Assembly (NCBI RefSeq): GCF_006345805.1
Contig: NC_042997.1
Coordinates: 192,138,001 to 192,202,000 of the forward strand
DNA from: Octopus sinensis
Taxonomy: Eukaryota
Direction: 5' to 3'
Length of the DNA: 64,000 bases
A model generated the notes under the pieces. That model was not told the DNA's origin and searched no databases. It was given only the letters and a program-made list of their open reading frames with translations. This document shows, in pieces, positions 11,925 through 24,553 of this stretch. Positions within the stretch are counted from its first letter, which is position 1. The number at the start of each line of letters is the position of its first letter. Made by a program: the position numbers and the translations under genes.

Positions 11925-12305
11925 CTCCTTTCTACTATAGGCACAAAGCCTGTAATTTGGGGGAGGGAGATAGTTGATAACGTTGACCCCCAGTACTCAA
12001 CTGGTACTTGGTTTATCAACCCTGAAAAGATGAAAGGCAAAGTTAATCTCAGCAGAATTTGAACTCAGAATGTAGTGACAGATGAAATACCTATTTCTTT
12101 ACTACCCACAAGGGGCTAAACGCAGAGAGGACAGACAAACGGATTAAGTCAATTATATCGACCCCAGTGCGTAACTGGTAATTATTTAATCGACCCCGAA
12201 AGGATGAAAGGCAAAGTCGACCTCGGCGGAATTTGAACTCAGAATGCAGTGACAGGTGAAATACCGATAAGCATTTCACCTGGTGTGCTAACGATTCTGC
12301 CAGTC
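11925..12305 (-). mobile_element. SINE family B head-to-tail dimer
   Basis: Two cores joined at GAAATA|GGTATTTCATCT (~12085-12096). Confidence 0.8.
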
Positions 12306-12936
12306 CATTTAGTTATCTATACTTAAACCACCAAATCTCTGGTCTTGCATCTAAGAAATCACTTCACAGAGAAAACTAAAATCAAGCAAGTCACTCAGCC
12401 CTACTTAAAGTACACTCCGAGTGTGCTGACCATGACCATATATGGTCATGAATTCTCATTTGGCTACAGCCTTTATGTTCCAAGGCAAAACATTACTATC
12501 ATTACGCCATTTTGGCTGGTGAACTAAATGCTCTGCTCTTGGAATTTTTGCATGAAGTAAAAACAGGCATCTAGTAATAAAGCTTCATTAATATGCAAAT
12601 CACAATTTATGAAACAAAATAAAAAATAAAAAAACCTAGACAAAAATAATATAAAATGTAAAAGAATCAAATTTTTTAACTGTACATTTCCAAAGGATGA
12701 AATACTTCTCAACTGTTTCAGATTGTTATATGGTTAATCCAATGAAGATGGTTTCATCAGATTCTCTATGTTGTGTTTACTTGCTTATTATTGATTTCCA
12801 TTTGTTTCCCATAACTGGGGTTTCTGACAGATACTGTTACCCCTGGTTAGAGTAGATCCAGGAGCAGTGGACTATGTATTCTCCAAGACTCCTAAACTTC
12901 CAAGTTGGAGCCTCATCATCACAGGGATGTAATTAA

Positions 12937-13109
12937 CCCATTAGTATTTAAACTGGCCAGTTCTAGCCTCTTACACCTATCCTACAATGTTATTCTAAAA
13001 ATAAACAATCACATCATCGAAATCACAAAGCGATGATACAATACATCATTTCAAAACAATATGAATAAATAAGCTTTAGATTTGGCAGAGTAATTTGAAT
13101 ATTAAAGGG
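12937..13109. mobile_element. piggyBac-type MITE (family 1)
   Basis: TTAA flanks at 12933-12936 and 13110-13113; homologous to 8223-8441. Confidence 0.75.
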
Positions 13110-13576
13110 TTAAATATTTCACTCAGTTGAAAATGGTGGTAAGGCATTCAGGACTTGGAAGGGAGCTGGCCTATAGCTGTACTACAAAAGCCCACTGGTG
13201 TGTGCACATGTCCTGATAAGTGAACCAATCTCCTTGCCTAAAGGTTAAAATAGGTCCTATGCCTCAAAGATAAGCTAGGAAAGAAGGAAATTTGCAGGGT
13301 ATGTAAATAAACCAGTAAAGGAGCAGCTAAAGAGCTGAAGGGCCTCACTTGCCCTAGGTCCATTGGGATGTTTGTCAGTGATCATTTTCAGAAGGCAATT
13401 CCATGACATTCATAGCTGGGTCTCTGACAGGTGCTACTCCTGCAAGTCAAAGTAGACCTGGGAATAATAGTAGCTAAGAGGTAACTCCACACTCCTCAAA
13501 AACCTGGAACTTTCTGAATCAGGGTCCCACAACTGGATGCAATTTAATCATACTAATGACTAAGCAAATTAGAATC

Positions 13577-14045
13577 ATCATCATTTAATGTCCGCTTCCC
13601 ATGCTAGCATGGGTTGGATGATTTCACCGAGGACTGGTGAACCAGATGGCTGCACTAGGCTCCAATCTGATCTGGCAGAGTTTCTACAGCTGGATGCCCT
13701 TCCTAACACCAACCACTCCGAGAGTGTAGTGGGTGCTTTTATGTGCCACCGGCATGAGGGCCAGTCAGGCGGTACTGGCAACGGCCACGCTCAAATGGTG
13801 TTTTCAACATGCCACCTGCACAGGAGCCAGTCCAGTGGCACTGGCAATGACCTCGCCCGAATGTTTTTCACGTGCCACTGGCACAAGTGCCAGTAAGGCG
13901 ACACTGGTAACGATCACACTCGAATGGTGCTTTTTATGTGCCATTGGTACGGAAGCCAGTTAGCTGTCCTGGCAACGATCACGCTTGGATGGTGCTCTTA
14001 GCACTCCACTAGCACGGATGCCAGTCATCAAATATGATTTTGATA
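13577..14045 (-). mobile_element. RTE LINE 3' UTR copy
   Basis: (CAT)n-TTTAATGTCC start on the + strand, conserved core and tandem units. Confidence 0.8.
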
Positions 14046-14457
14046 TTTTGTTAAAACTTCACAAAAAATGTTTTGAAAAAAAAAATTCAAGACAAAAAAA
14101 ATAAAGACATTCAAATAGTTAAAAAAATAAATGTTTTCTCCTAATTTCTTAATTATAACACTGACATGTTTGAAATATTGGTTTCAAATTTTGGCACAAG
14201 ACCAGCAATTTTGAAGGTGGGGTAAGTCAATTACACTGACCCCAGCTCTCAACTGGTACTTGTTTCATTGACCCCCAAAGGGATGAAAGACAAAGTCAAC
14301 CTTGGCGTTGAATATGATCTCAGAACAAAGACGAGATGAAATGTTGCTAAGCATTTCATCTGGTGTGCTAACGATTCTGACAGCTTGCTGCCTTATTTAT
14401 GAAATATTAACAGGTCTTATATAAGCAAAAAAAAACAAATAGTTCCAAGAATTTTAC

Positions 14458-14514
14458 CTCTGAGAGCAAAGTCAAAAGATAAACTGGTTGATGAATTCTT
14501 TCAAGTTGATTACT
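14458..14514 (-). CDS. COMMD3: COMMD3 exon 6
   Basis: Acceptor ttccttttctcattacag, donor GAG|gtaaaa; 57 nt; SNQLERIHQPVYLLTLLSE. Confidence 0.93.
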
Positions 14515-14838
14515 CTGTAATGAGAAAAGGAAGAAAAAAAATTAATTCGCTGTACACCTATATGGCCAAAACTCATTTGACTGTATCAAGTAAATAAACA
14601 ATTGACAAAAAAAATTGACTCTTTAGTAAGAAAGGCTAAACTCTCCTTAACACATACTTTCTGTGTAACATCTTACACATGTATGCTTTTCCCTTTTCAC
14701 TCTCAAAACGGGACAACTACCCCCAGTGATTCATTATGAATTTTACACAACTGCCATATGTACTGCAGGTGGTAAACTTTCATAGTTTGAGAAAATATTG
14801 TATTCTGTATTTTTGACATGGTTTCAAGGATATTTTAA

Positions 14839-15480
14839 CCCTTTCGTTACAGTATTTATTTTGAGATGCTCTGTGTTTACTCTTTTACTTGTTTCAGTCA
14901 TTTGACTGTGGCCATGCTGGAGCACCACCTTTAGTTGAACAATAATTTCATTATTATATAAATCGACCCCAGGACATTCTTTGGAAGCCTAGTACTTATT
15001 CTATCAGTCATTTTTGTCAAACTGCTAAGTTATGGGAATGTAAACACACCAGCATTGGTTGTCAAGTGATGTTGGGGGGACAAACACAGACACACAAACA
15101 TACATATATATATACATATATACGACGGACTTCTTTCAATTTCCATCTACTAAATCCACTCACAAGGCTTAGGTCAGCCCAAGGCTATAGTAGAAGATAC
15201 TTGCCCAAGGTGCCACACAGTGGGACTGAACCCGGAACCATGTGGTTTGTAAGCAAGCTACTTACCACACAGCCACTCTTACGCCTATGCTCTGTGTTTC
15301 TTAAAATTATTTTAAATATAACAAAGAATTCAGTAAAATAACTTAGTTATCATTAAGCTGGTGCTCGGAACATAAATTGTGATTAAGGTTTGGTGGAAAA
15401 TTTCAATTCAAAACTTATGAAAACAAGACATTTGTACTACAGAGCCAGAGCCGGTTTCAGCCGGGTTGGTATCAAAACGG
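14839..15480. mobile_element. piggyBac-type MITE (family 2) containing a SINE A insertion
   Basis: TTAA flanks; CCCTTTCGTTAC left end shared with the 4023 element; inverted homolog at 19300-19518. Confidence 0.8.
14879..15286 (-). mobile_element. SINE family A with 13-bp TSD
   Basis: ATGCTCTGTGTTT at 14866-14878 and 15287-15299. Confidence 0.9.
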
Positions 15481-16181
15481 TTAAATAGTACAAGTGCTGA
15501 ATATTAAAGTTTAATTATGAAATATTGTAAAAATGCAAAAAAAATTACATTTCCTTGTAATCAAACAGTATGCAGTTTGACCATGCAGAATATGTGGCAT
15601 CACTGGTAAGTTCCAGTAACAGGCTGGGGCAGTTAATGTATTAAATATATTTCTACTTGACATTCTGATTCATCTTGACTTTGTTCCAGGATTCTAATAT
15701 CTTAACGTTCTTCATCATTCTATATTCATTACAAATCTCTCTGGCAACATTTAACATCCTACTGAATTACCAATTCCATGCTAATTTCACTCACTCCTTA
15801 ACACTCATCTCTTATAACTATTCTCTCAACTTGCCACTAGCTGCTTTGCAGTGTTCTCTTACCATTCAAAGAAATCACATGCTACCGATAGAGAAAGTTA
15901 CCACTTAAGAATACCTAAGCTGTCTGCACAAATTCTCTGGTTTTATCTATTCATATTAACAGTTGCTAGAAACATGTGAAAACATGTTATCGTAAAGCAT
16001 TCATATTCAATGAAAATGAAGAGAGAAGTTTAACTTAAAGGATTTGAACCTTAAGCCTTTTGTTACCATATTTCTGCTGAAATATTCCTGATTTTACAGT
16101 TCTATATTTAAGAGACGAAGAATTATGTACTTTACATTATTTACATTCGATGGATACTTGTCCTCTACGCCATATGCCCAC

Positions 16182-16255
16182 GGGCATATGGTGTAGTGGT
16201 TAAGAGCGCGGGCTACTAACCCCAAGATTCCGAGTTCGATTCCAAGCAGTGACTT
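16182..16255 (+). mobile_element. tRNA-like SINE head (truncated)
   Basis: A box TGGTGTAGTGG, B box GAGTTCGATTC, anticodon-like arm GGG-CTACTAA-CCC; no acceptor stem. Confidence 0.6.
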
Positions 16256-16428
16256 GGAAAGGTATAGAAAACTAGTTCTACTCCTACTTGAATATAAAAT
16301 AAAACAGTAGGAAAGGAATCCACTGGTAAAAAATAATTACTGAAGAAAAAAAAAATACATGAAATATCAAAAACACCTGTGGAAAAATGACAGTTAAAAA
16401 AGAGCTGATAGTAGTATGAATTACAAAC

Positions 16429-16489
16429 CTTAATATAGTAATCTAGTCGCCATTTGACATCAACAATGTGGGGAAGACTTTCAGTGGTG
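16429..16489 (-). CDS. COMMD3: COMMD3 exon 5
   Basis: Acceptor gttgtttttattccag, donor AAG|gtttgt; 61 nt; TTESLPHIVDVKWRLDYYIK (COMM-domain WRL motif). Confidence 0.95.
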
Positions 16490-17121
16490 CTGGAATAAAA
16501 ACAACAGCTCAGTATAAATGTTATGGAGACAGGATGACCAAGAACATGGGTCAGCAACAGGTGGGCCCCTGAGGTGTTTACTGTGGGCTTCAGATCTTCT
16601 CTAAGAATTTTCCAAATTTAACTTGGTCAATGAGCAGTTAATGGCTTTAAGATATTCTTTTGATTTGCTTAAATTTTTGTTTATGTAAGCATTACTGGTG
16701 ATGGAAATGGAGGTAGGGATTGATAGTCGGGGAGATTTTCATGAGTAGGATCATCATTACTTGTTAGTAACCATTGCAGGAGACTCAGACAAATAAATAC
16801 CAGTGCTTACATACATACACACACACACGACAAACTTTCAGTTTCTAGCCAAGTCTACTGATAAGGCTTTGATTGGCCTGAGGCTGTTGAAGAATTTTGT
16901 CCAAGATGTTTTGCAGTGGGACTGAATCCCAAACCACACAGCCAGGAAGTGAACTTCTTAACCAAGTAGCCATGCTGCATCTAAGACATAATATATGTGG
17001 GCTATGGGTAAATGTAAAAAGTTAAAAAGGGGGCCATTTCAAAGAAAAGTTGTTGATCCCTGCACTAGAATATTATTGAGCGAAAAAGTTTGAAAGAATA
17101 AAACTGCAATATTTTACTTAC

Positions 17122-17156
17122 TTGGCTAACAAGACCTGAAGGAATGGCTTATTTTC
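17122..17156 (-). CDS. COMMD3: COMMD3 exon 4
   Basis: Acceptor ttattattttcag, donor CAA|gtaagt; 35 nt; ENKPFLQVLLA(N). Confidence 0.92.
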
Positions 17157-18156
17157 CTGAAAATAATAAAATAATAATAATGAACTCATATACAATTCAT
17201 CAGAAAAAGAAGCCAAAAGTACATGAACATTAATAGAATATGCATAGGAAATGAACAATGAAGGAATTGTTTTAAAAAAAAATAATGATGAGGCATCAAG
17301 AGTACTGTTGGAGAATTTCAGAAAGCATGGAAATTTTGAAGGATGTAATGAACATCAGGGACACAGCTTATGGGAGGCTCAACTTCTTACATAGGGCCTG
17401 AGATGATTTTCTTTAGGCATTTTTTGTTTTTGTTTTGTAAAAAAGTGTGTCTTATATGTCATCAAATATGAATTCATTTTTTAAAGAACAGTTTCGATTT
17501 GCTCAGTGTGACATATATATGTATAATATGTGTGAGTATGTGTGTTTGTGTTTGTCCCCCCAACATTGCTTGACAACCGATGCTGGTGTGTTTACGTTCC
17601 CGTAACTTAGCGGTTCGGCAAAAGAGAGCGATAGAATAAGTACTAGGCTTACAAAGAATAAGTCCTGGGGTCGATTTGCTTGACTAAAGGTGGTGCTTCA
17701 GCATGGCCGCAGTCAAATGACTGAAACAAGTATAAGAGTATGCATTTATAGCCAGAAACAACGAGGTGTCTTTCTCTATTGCTTAACATAGTTCAATATG
17801 TTCCTGGCCATTGAAACATGTTCTCTCAGTGAGTGCTTATAGAAGTGAATGAGTAAAAAAACAAAATAGGAAGTTTGAAAAACATCTACAAAGCTAGTTT
17901 TTAGACATGGAATGGCTATGGAGGTCCACCAGAAAAAAATAGTAATTAAAGGGGTCCAGAGGTTAAAAAATGGTTGAGAACCACTGCTGTAATCCATTGA
18001 CAGACAGATCCCACTCCTCAGCTTTTGCGCCATTTTAATATAAATTTCAGAGTTACCTCCCCTGTTTTTCTTTCCCCATATTGATCACTAAACCTCGTGA
18101 TTCTTTCATCACATAATTCTGGTCGATGAAAATTGTCTTACTACAGTGAAAAGAGT

Positions 18157-18452
18157 GGAGGCACATGGCATAATGGGTAGAGTAGCGGACTCGCGGGTTC
18201 GAATCTCAGACCGGGTGATGTGTGTGTTTATGAGCGAAACACCTAAGCTCCACGCAGCTCCGGCAGAAGGTAATGGCGAATTTCTGCTGACTTTTTTGCC
18301 ACAACTTTCTCTCACTCTTTCCTCCTGCATCTTGCAGGTCACCTACGACAGACCGGCGTCCCGTCCAGGTGAGGAACCTTTACGTCAAGGAAACCATGAC
18401 ACCGGCCCTGATGAGCCAGGCATGGCTCGAGAAGGGACAAACAGCAAAAAGA
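18157..18452 (+). mobile_element. tRNA-derived SINE, family C (CORE/V-like middle)
   Basis: B box GGGTTCGAATC, GAGCGAAACACCTAAGCTCCAC, GGCGTCCCGTCCAGG, terminal stem-loop GAGCCA-GGCA-TGGCTC; related inverted copies at 42720-42930 and 61395-61745. Confidence 0.75.
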
Positions 18453-19299
18453 TTACTTTACTCTGTGTGTGTGTACGAGAGAGAGAGAGAGAGAGAGACT
18501 TTAAACTGCACACAGTATTGGAGTCCTGGTTTGGGAACTCGAAGGTTTCAAGGTGTGTGGGATCACCTCTTAGCAACTATTTTCCCCAAGTCTTGTCTGA
18601 CCCAGAGTAGTAGCACCTGTTAGAGTCCCAGACATGGGGTTAAATAAATGTACCACTGGGAGAGAAGAACCCTTAGTTCTCATCAAAACTTCTTTCTAGA
18701 AAAAAGTAAATTCGTATGAAAAAAAAAAAACTGAAGTGCAGTTGGTTTCTGGTTATCTCAGCTTCTGTTGGGCGACTGATTTTAGAGCTGTTTGTGCTGT
18801 AAAGTGGGTTCAATACTGTGCAACTCTTAATCCACTCAAAACAAATCCACACACAGGAACTTTTTGTGGACCCTCAGAATGTTTGTACAGACTTAATCAG
18901 CGTTCATTTCTCCCTGTTAGCTTGGGGTGGACAGAGATTTGAGGCAGGATTTTACAGCCTGATGCACTTCCTGTCGCTCACCTTTACAGGGTTTTTGTTT
19001 TTGAGTAAAGGATTTTTATATTCCACAGGTCTTCAAAAGTGCAGAGTGATCAGTCAAAATGTCAACAGGGAATGTAAACATCACAACACCAGTGGTGACA
19101 AGCAAAACATGGGACATAAGCATTCATGAACAATAATGCATGTACACATATACAATAGGCTTCCAACAGTTTCCACCTACCACATTTTCACACAAGGCAT
19201 TGTTTGGCTCATGATTGGTTATAGTAGATGACACTCGCTCAATATGCCATGTAGTGGGACAGAACCTGAAAACACATCGTTGCAAAGCAAACTTCTTAA

Positions 19300-19518
19300 C
19301 CTTTTCGTTACCAACTTGGCTGAAACCAGCTCTGGCTCTGAGTACAAATGTCTTGTTTTCATAAGTTTTGAATTGAAATCTTCCACCAAACCTTAGTCAC
19401 AATTAATGTTCCTAACACTAGCTGAATGATAACTAAGTTATTTTACTAAAGTCTTTGTTATATTTAAAATTAATTGAAAGAAACAGAGCATCACAAAATA
19501 AATACAGTAACGAAAGGG
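19300..19518. mobile_element. piggyBac-type MITE (family 2)
   Basis: TTAA flanks at 19296-19299 and 19519-19522; TIR CC(T)TTTCGTTAC/GTAACGAAAGGG. Confidence 0.85.
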
Positions 19519-20546
19519 TTAATCATCCAACCATGACAGCAACCACTAATGTTTCTCGCCATCATTTTACATCCATTTACCAAGCTAGCATGGGCTGGAC
19601 ATTTCAACAGGATCCAGTGGGTCAGAGGACAAAGTCATGCTCCAGTGTTACAGTTTTGGAAAGGTTTCTACAGTTGGATACCCTTCATAACACACTTTAC
19701 AGCATGTACTGGGCGCTTTTTTTCATGGTGCCAGCACTAACAAAGTCCCTCTATAATAACCATAACTGCTTCTACAATAGGCACAAGGCCTGAAATTTTT
19801 TAGGGAAGGAGCTATTTGATTACATCAACTCCAGCACTCAACTGGTATTTATTTCATTGACTGCGAAATGACGAAAAGTGGTCAACCACGGAAGAATCTG
19901 AACCAAAAATGTAGTGAGTCAGAAGAAATATCACAAAGCATTTTTTAAAATCTTTAACTATTCTGCCAGTTCACTGCCTAAATAATAATAATAATATATT
20001 TTTAAAAGATTGACATAACTCTTCACAAAAGGTAAGTAGACAAGACAAAGAGCACGATACAATTGCAATAGTTGTTTTATTGGTTGACAGCAAGCCTGTT
20101 TTGTCGAGTTCAAAATGAAAAGTGATAAAAATTCAAATCTAAAATATGAATGAGAGCAACCAGTGTCCACATGTTGATGGAATGACATCAACAGTCTTCA
20201 AAGTTTGAACATTGAAGATGTCATTCCATCAACATGTGGATGCTTGTAGCTCTCTTCATATTTTGGATTCAAATTTCTATAATTTTGAATTTTTATCACT
20301 TTTCATTTTGAACTCGACAAAGACAGGCTTGCAGTCAAAATTTTGTTCAACCAATAAAATAAATATCTATTGCAATTGCATTGTGCCCTTCATATTCTCT
20401 TATAATAATAATGATGATGATAATAATAATAATGATAATAATAATAATGATGATAATAATAATAATAATAATAATGATGATGATGATAATAAAATCGACA
20501 TTTTAGAAGTTAGAAAAGAACGAAATTAAATAAGAAATACACTCAC

Positions 20547-20610
20547 ATGAAATACTTCAAGAAATGTTTTTATTCTGTCTTTAGAAAAATTACATTCTTC
20601 CAATAAGGAC
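20547..20610 (-). CDS. COMMD3: COMMD3 exon 3
   Basis: Acceptor gtgtcttttccag, donor CAT|gtgagt; 64 nt; (T)SLLEECNFSKDRIKTFLEVFH. Confidence 0.95.
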
Positions 20611-21810
20611 CTGGAAAAGACACACAAACAATGAAAAAATATTGTAATTAGAAATGAAAGCCATATCTGTATTTCTGAAACTAGTTATTGTAGGAGTAGT
20701 TAGGGTTTTCAACATTATTAACCTTATCTCATTACTTCTTTACATTGTGTTTCAATATAAGCAAATGTTGTTGTTGAGTTTAGTCCCAGATCACCCCAGA
20801 CCAGGTAGATCTTAAAAAAAAAGGAGGGGGGGCATTTAGGATGTTATCATCATTTTATAAGCTCAAGGGCAGATAAGACCCCATAGAGGCCCTAAGCACT
20901 TAAAAGATTTTGATGCCTCCATATATATATATATATGTAAGGCAAAATATAAACCATAAATCATAATATAAGTTTATATTTTTCAAAATGTAACAAAACT
21001 AATGGTAAAATGGAAAATAATGTTTTATTTTGACACCATGAACACTTTGAAATTATATTTCCGATAATAAAATTACTTCAAATATTATTTTAGCAAGTGA
21101 TTTCTTTTGTGCAGTAAACTATTTACTATTTCTGAAGTGCCCCCACTTCCCTTGACATTCTTATAGTTACAAGTTGTGACAGCTGGTGAGAGAGAGAGAG
21201 GGGGCTGTGTCAGCATCCAGTTGGTACTTATTTTAAACTGAGCTGACTAGAGCAATATGGAATGAAGTACCTTGCTCAAAGGTGCAATGTACCACCTGGT
21301 CGAGGAATTGAACCCATGACCTTCTGATTATGAGCCCAACATCCTAACAAAGAAGTCACACACCATAGATGGACTAATATGTAAGTGAACAAAAGCAGTG
21401 CTTGTGGTTCTATGCATAGTTCATAAGTAGTTAGGGGCTGGGCTGGGCTGGGCTATCCTCTCTCTCTCCCTCTCTGACAGAAGATGGCATGAATAAACAC
21501 TTAATAAGCCGGTGTCTTTTATCATCTCCCTGGATTGATGTCAAGTCTCTCAAGTCAAGTTGGATAGGTGAAAACTGTTTATCTTCCACACCTGGTCCTT
21601 GGCTGCCTTTGAAGGAGTCCATCCTGTTCCAGCAGACAGACTAAATCACTGATCTGAGGAGAGCCAACTGCAATAACACACCAGTTGTGGATTCTTCTCC
21701 TCTCCCCTGAATTCAAAGGTCCTGCAACTATCACAGGCACTGTCCTTCAGCCATTAAAAAAAAAAAAATGAACAGCAAAAAAAGTCAAAATAATTATAAA
21801 TGTATATTAC

Positions 21811-21919
21811 GTTAATGAATTTACATCAGCATCAGTCTTGGTCGCTTCAGCAATTAATAAAGACATACAGCCATAGACCTCTTTGCATACATCTTCATCA
21901 AGTTTTTTCAGTCTACCAC
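21811..21919 (-). CDS. COMMD3: COMMD3 exon 2
   Basis: Acceptor ttgtctttttacag, donor AAC|gtaata; 109 nt; GRLKKLDEDVCKEVYGCMSLLIAEATKTDADVNSL; phases join exons 1 and 3. Confidence 0.92.
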
Positions 21920-22001
21920 CTGTAAAAAGACAATATATATATATATATATACATGGAGAGAGAGAGAGGAGAGGAGAGAGTAGATAGATAGTGGATAGCT
22001 A

Positions 22002-22345
22002 GGTGCAGGCGTGGCTGTGTGGTAAGAAGCTTGCTTCACAACCACATGGTTCTGGGTTCAATCCCACAGCATGGCAGCATGGGCCAGTGTCTTCTACTAT
22101 AGCCTCAGGCTGACCAAAGCTTTCTGAGTGGATTTGGTAGACGGAAACTGAAAGAAGCTCATCGTATATATGTGTGTGTGTGTGTCCCCAAGATCACTTG
22201 ACAACCGATGTCGGTGTGTTCATGTCCCTGAAACTTAGCAGATTGACAAAGGGGACAGATAGAATAAGTACTAGGCTTACAAAGAATAAGTCCTGGGGTC
22301 GAAAAGGTGACTAAAAGTCAAATGACAGAAACAAGTAAATTAATA
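22002..22345 (+). mobile_element. SINE family A
   Basis: Full bipartite structure. Confidence 0.85.
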
Positions 22346-23096
22346 AAAGAATCTCACTATGTCTGTTTTCCATGCACACACACATCTACATACATGCACA
22401 CAAACACATACACATATATGTGATGCCACAAATAAAATTCAAAGTCCAAGGAAATTATCGTTGGTCTGTATCAGCAGAATTCATTTGGTAAGGTTTGCAA
22501 ATTTGAATGAGATTTTGTGGCATTTGGTAGATACTTTTATTCTTGTTTAAGTTGTTTGACTGCAGCCATGCTTGAGCACCACCTTTAGTCGAGTAAACTG
22601 ATCCCAGGACTTATTTTTGTAAGCCTAGTACTTACTCTATCGGTCTTTTTTTGCCAAACCACTAACAGGGACATAAACACACCAACATCGGTTGTCAAGG
22701 AATGGTGGCTGGGGAGGAACAAAAACAACAAACACATACATACACACACATGAGACACTTTCCCAAGGTGACACGCAATAGGACTGAACCTGGAACCATG
22801 TGGTTGGGAAGCAAGCTTCTTACCACACAGCCACTCCTGCACCTATGGGAGTAGCTGATATTTTTAGAAAAACTTGTCTTGGTTATGAAAATATAGGTTT
22901 AAAAACTTCTTACCACAGAGGTGTGGCTGTGTGGTAAGAAGCTTGCTTCTCAACCACATGGTTCCAGGTTCAGTCCCACTGTATGGCACCTTGAGCTAGT
23001 GTCTTCTACTATAGGCTCTCAGCTTGACCAAAGCCTTGTGCATGGATTTGGTAGATGGAAACTGAAAGAAGCCCATTGTATATATTTATATGTGTG

Positions 23097-23780
23097 TGGA
23101 TGGAACTTACACTCGCCTCCTTATGAGAGCTCAAAATCTCTCGTGGAAGCGTCATCCAACCAATGTACAAATATATGGGAAATTGCCAGCCTCGCCTGGC
23201 CCCCATGCCGGTGGCACGTAAAAGCACCATCCGTTCGTGGCCATTGCCAGCCTCGCCTGGGCCCCATGCCGGTGGCACATAAAAAGCACCATCCGTCTGT
23301 GGCCGTTTGCCAGCTCCGTCTGGCACCTGTGCGGGTGGCACGTAAAAAGCACCCACTACACTCACGGAGTGGTTGGCGTTAGGAAGGGCATCCAGCCGTA
23401 GAAACACTGCCAGATCAGACTGGGCCTGATGCAGCCTTCTGGCTTCACAGACCCCAGTTGAACCGTCCAACCCATGCTAGCATGGAGAGCGGACGCTAAA
23501 TGATGATGATGATGATCATCATCTCTTGTGAAAGGTAGAAGAGTCCAGTTTGCTGGACATTGTTGTAGAGCTGAAAACGCGGTAATTTCTACTCTTCTCC
23601 TCTGGAAGCCATCTGCTCGCGATACCAGAGGGCACACACTCTCTTACCCTGATGTAATCTCCAGGGATACAAGCATCCAGCAACAGGACCTCTGTAATGC
23701 TATGATGGACCATGAAGTGTGGTGTAACATAGTAAATTCCATTGTCTCGACCACGGTCGAACAATGATGATGATGATGAT
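23097..23780 (+). mobile_element. RTE-X-type LINE 3' fragment, interrupted by an RTE 3' UTR copy (23185-23520)
   Basis: DGTYTRLLMRAQNLSWKRHPTNVQIYGKLP, then the insertion, then VKGRRVQFAGHCCR..LLLWKP..DVISRDT..AMMDHEVW; (GAT)n tail; sits in the spacer of a SINE A (22915-23985). Confidence 0.8.
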
Positions 23781-24301
23781 GTATTCCCCCATCACCACCA
23801 CTTGATAACTGGTGTTGTGTTTACATCCCCATAACTTAGCAGTTCAGCAAAAGAGACTGATAGAAATGTATCAGGCATTAAAAAAAAAAAAAGAGTACTG
23901 AGGTCAATTCATTTGACTATAAAATTTTTTATGGTGGTGCCCCAGAATAGCTATAGTCTAATGACAGAAACAAGTAAAAGATATCTTTTACTGAGGCTTT
24001 GAGAGAAGATATTTTGCCAAGGATCTGCTTGGTGGCATCAAACCCAGAACCAGATGGTAGTGAAGTGAAATTAAGCATACAGCTATGCGTGTGCTGTGAG
24101 TTAATCAGGGTAGGAGGTCTGTAATTAGAGTAACAAAAAGTAGGGAGTGAGAGTGAGGATAGCAACAAGTTACATGGAGATTAAAATGCAAGTGCAGGCA
24201 GGATTGTACTGAAAGGTTGCTACGAATTAAGGACAGAATGATAAGCATATAAACATATGAACTTACTTATAAATATAAACATGCACACAGAAATATATTA
24301 A

Positions 24302-24553
24302 TCCTTTTGACACTAAGCTACTTGAGACTGCCTCTGGTTCTATGATAAAAGCCAGTTTGATTTAAAGTGTTTATATTTAAATTAAAACCTTTGTTAATAA
24401 TTTTATCTAAGAACCTTTTGGTAAGTCGTGATTAAAACACCAGTGTTAAAATTTAAAAAAGTATTTTTTTTTGAATCCGTCCTAGTTTATGCTTTATTTA
24501 AAAGCAGCTGAAATTTATTGACATATGTTGTGGGAAACGCGGTCACAAATGGG
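24302..24553. mobile_element. Possible piggyBac-type MITE
   Basis: TTAA flanks; imperfect TIRs (TCCTTTTGACAC / GTCACAAATGGG). Confidence 0.45.

Noticed and set aside
12715-12775. Minus-strand CTGATGA...GAAAC-A-GTT resembling a hammerhead
   Set aside because: Neither helix I nor helix II can pair
16182-16255. tRNA genes (also 40210 and 42850-42930)
   Set aside because: A/B boxes and anticodon arms are present but no acceptor stem; 40210 and 42850-42930 continue into SINE bodies and 16182 is truncated
18408-18432. CTGATGA-GCCA-GGCA-TGGC as a hammerhead
   Set aside because: No GAAA or helix III; it is the 3' stem-loop of SINE family C
18146-18610. 154-aa ORF
   Set aside because: Lies across a SINE and a (GA)n tract; no domain signal
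21431-21760. Extra exon or ORF in COMMD3 intron 2
   Set aside because: Exons 2 and 3 already join in phase and match the orthologue; all frames here stop early and no donor is evident
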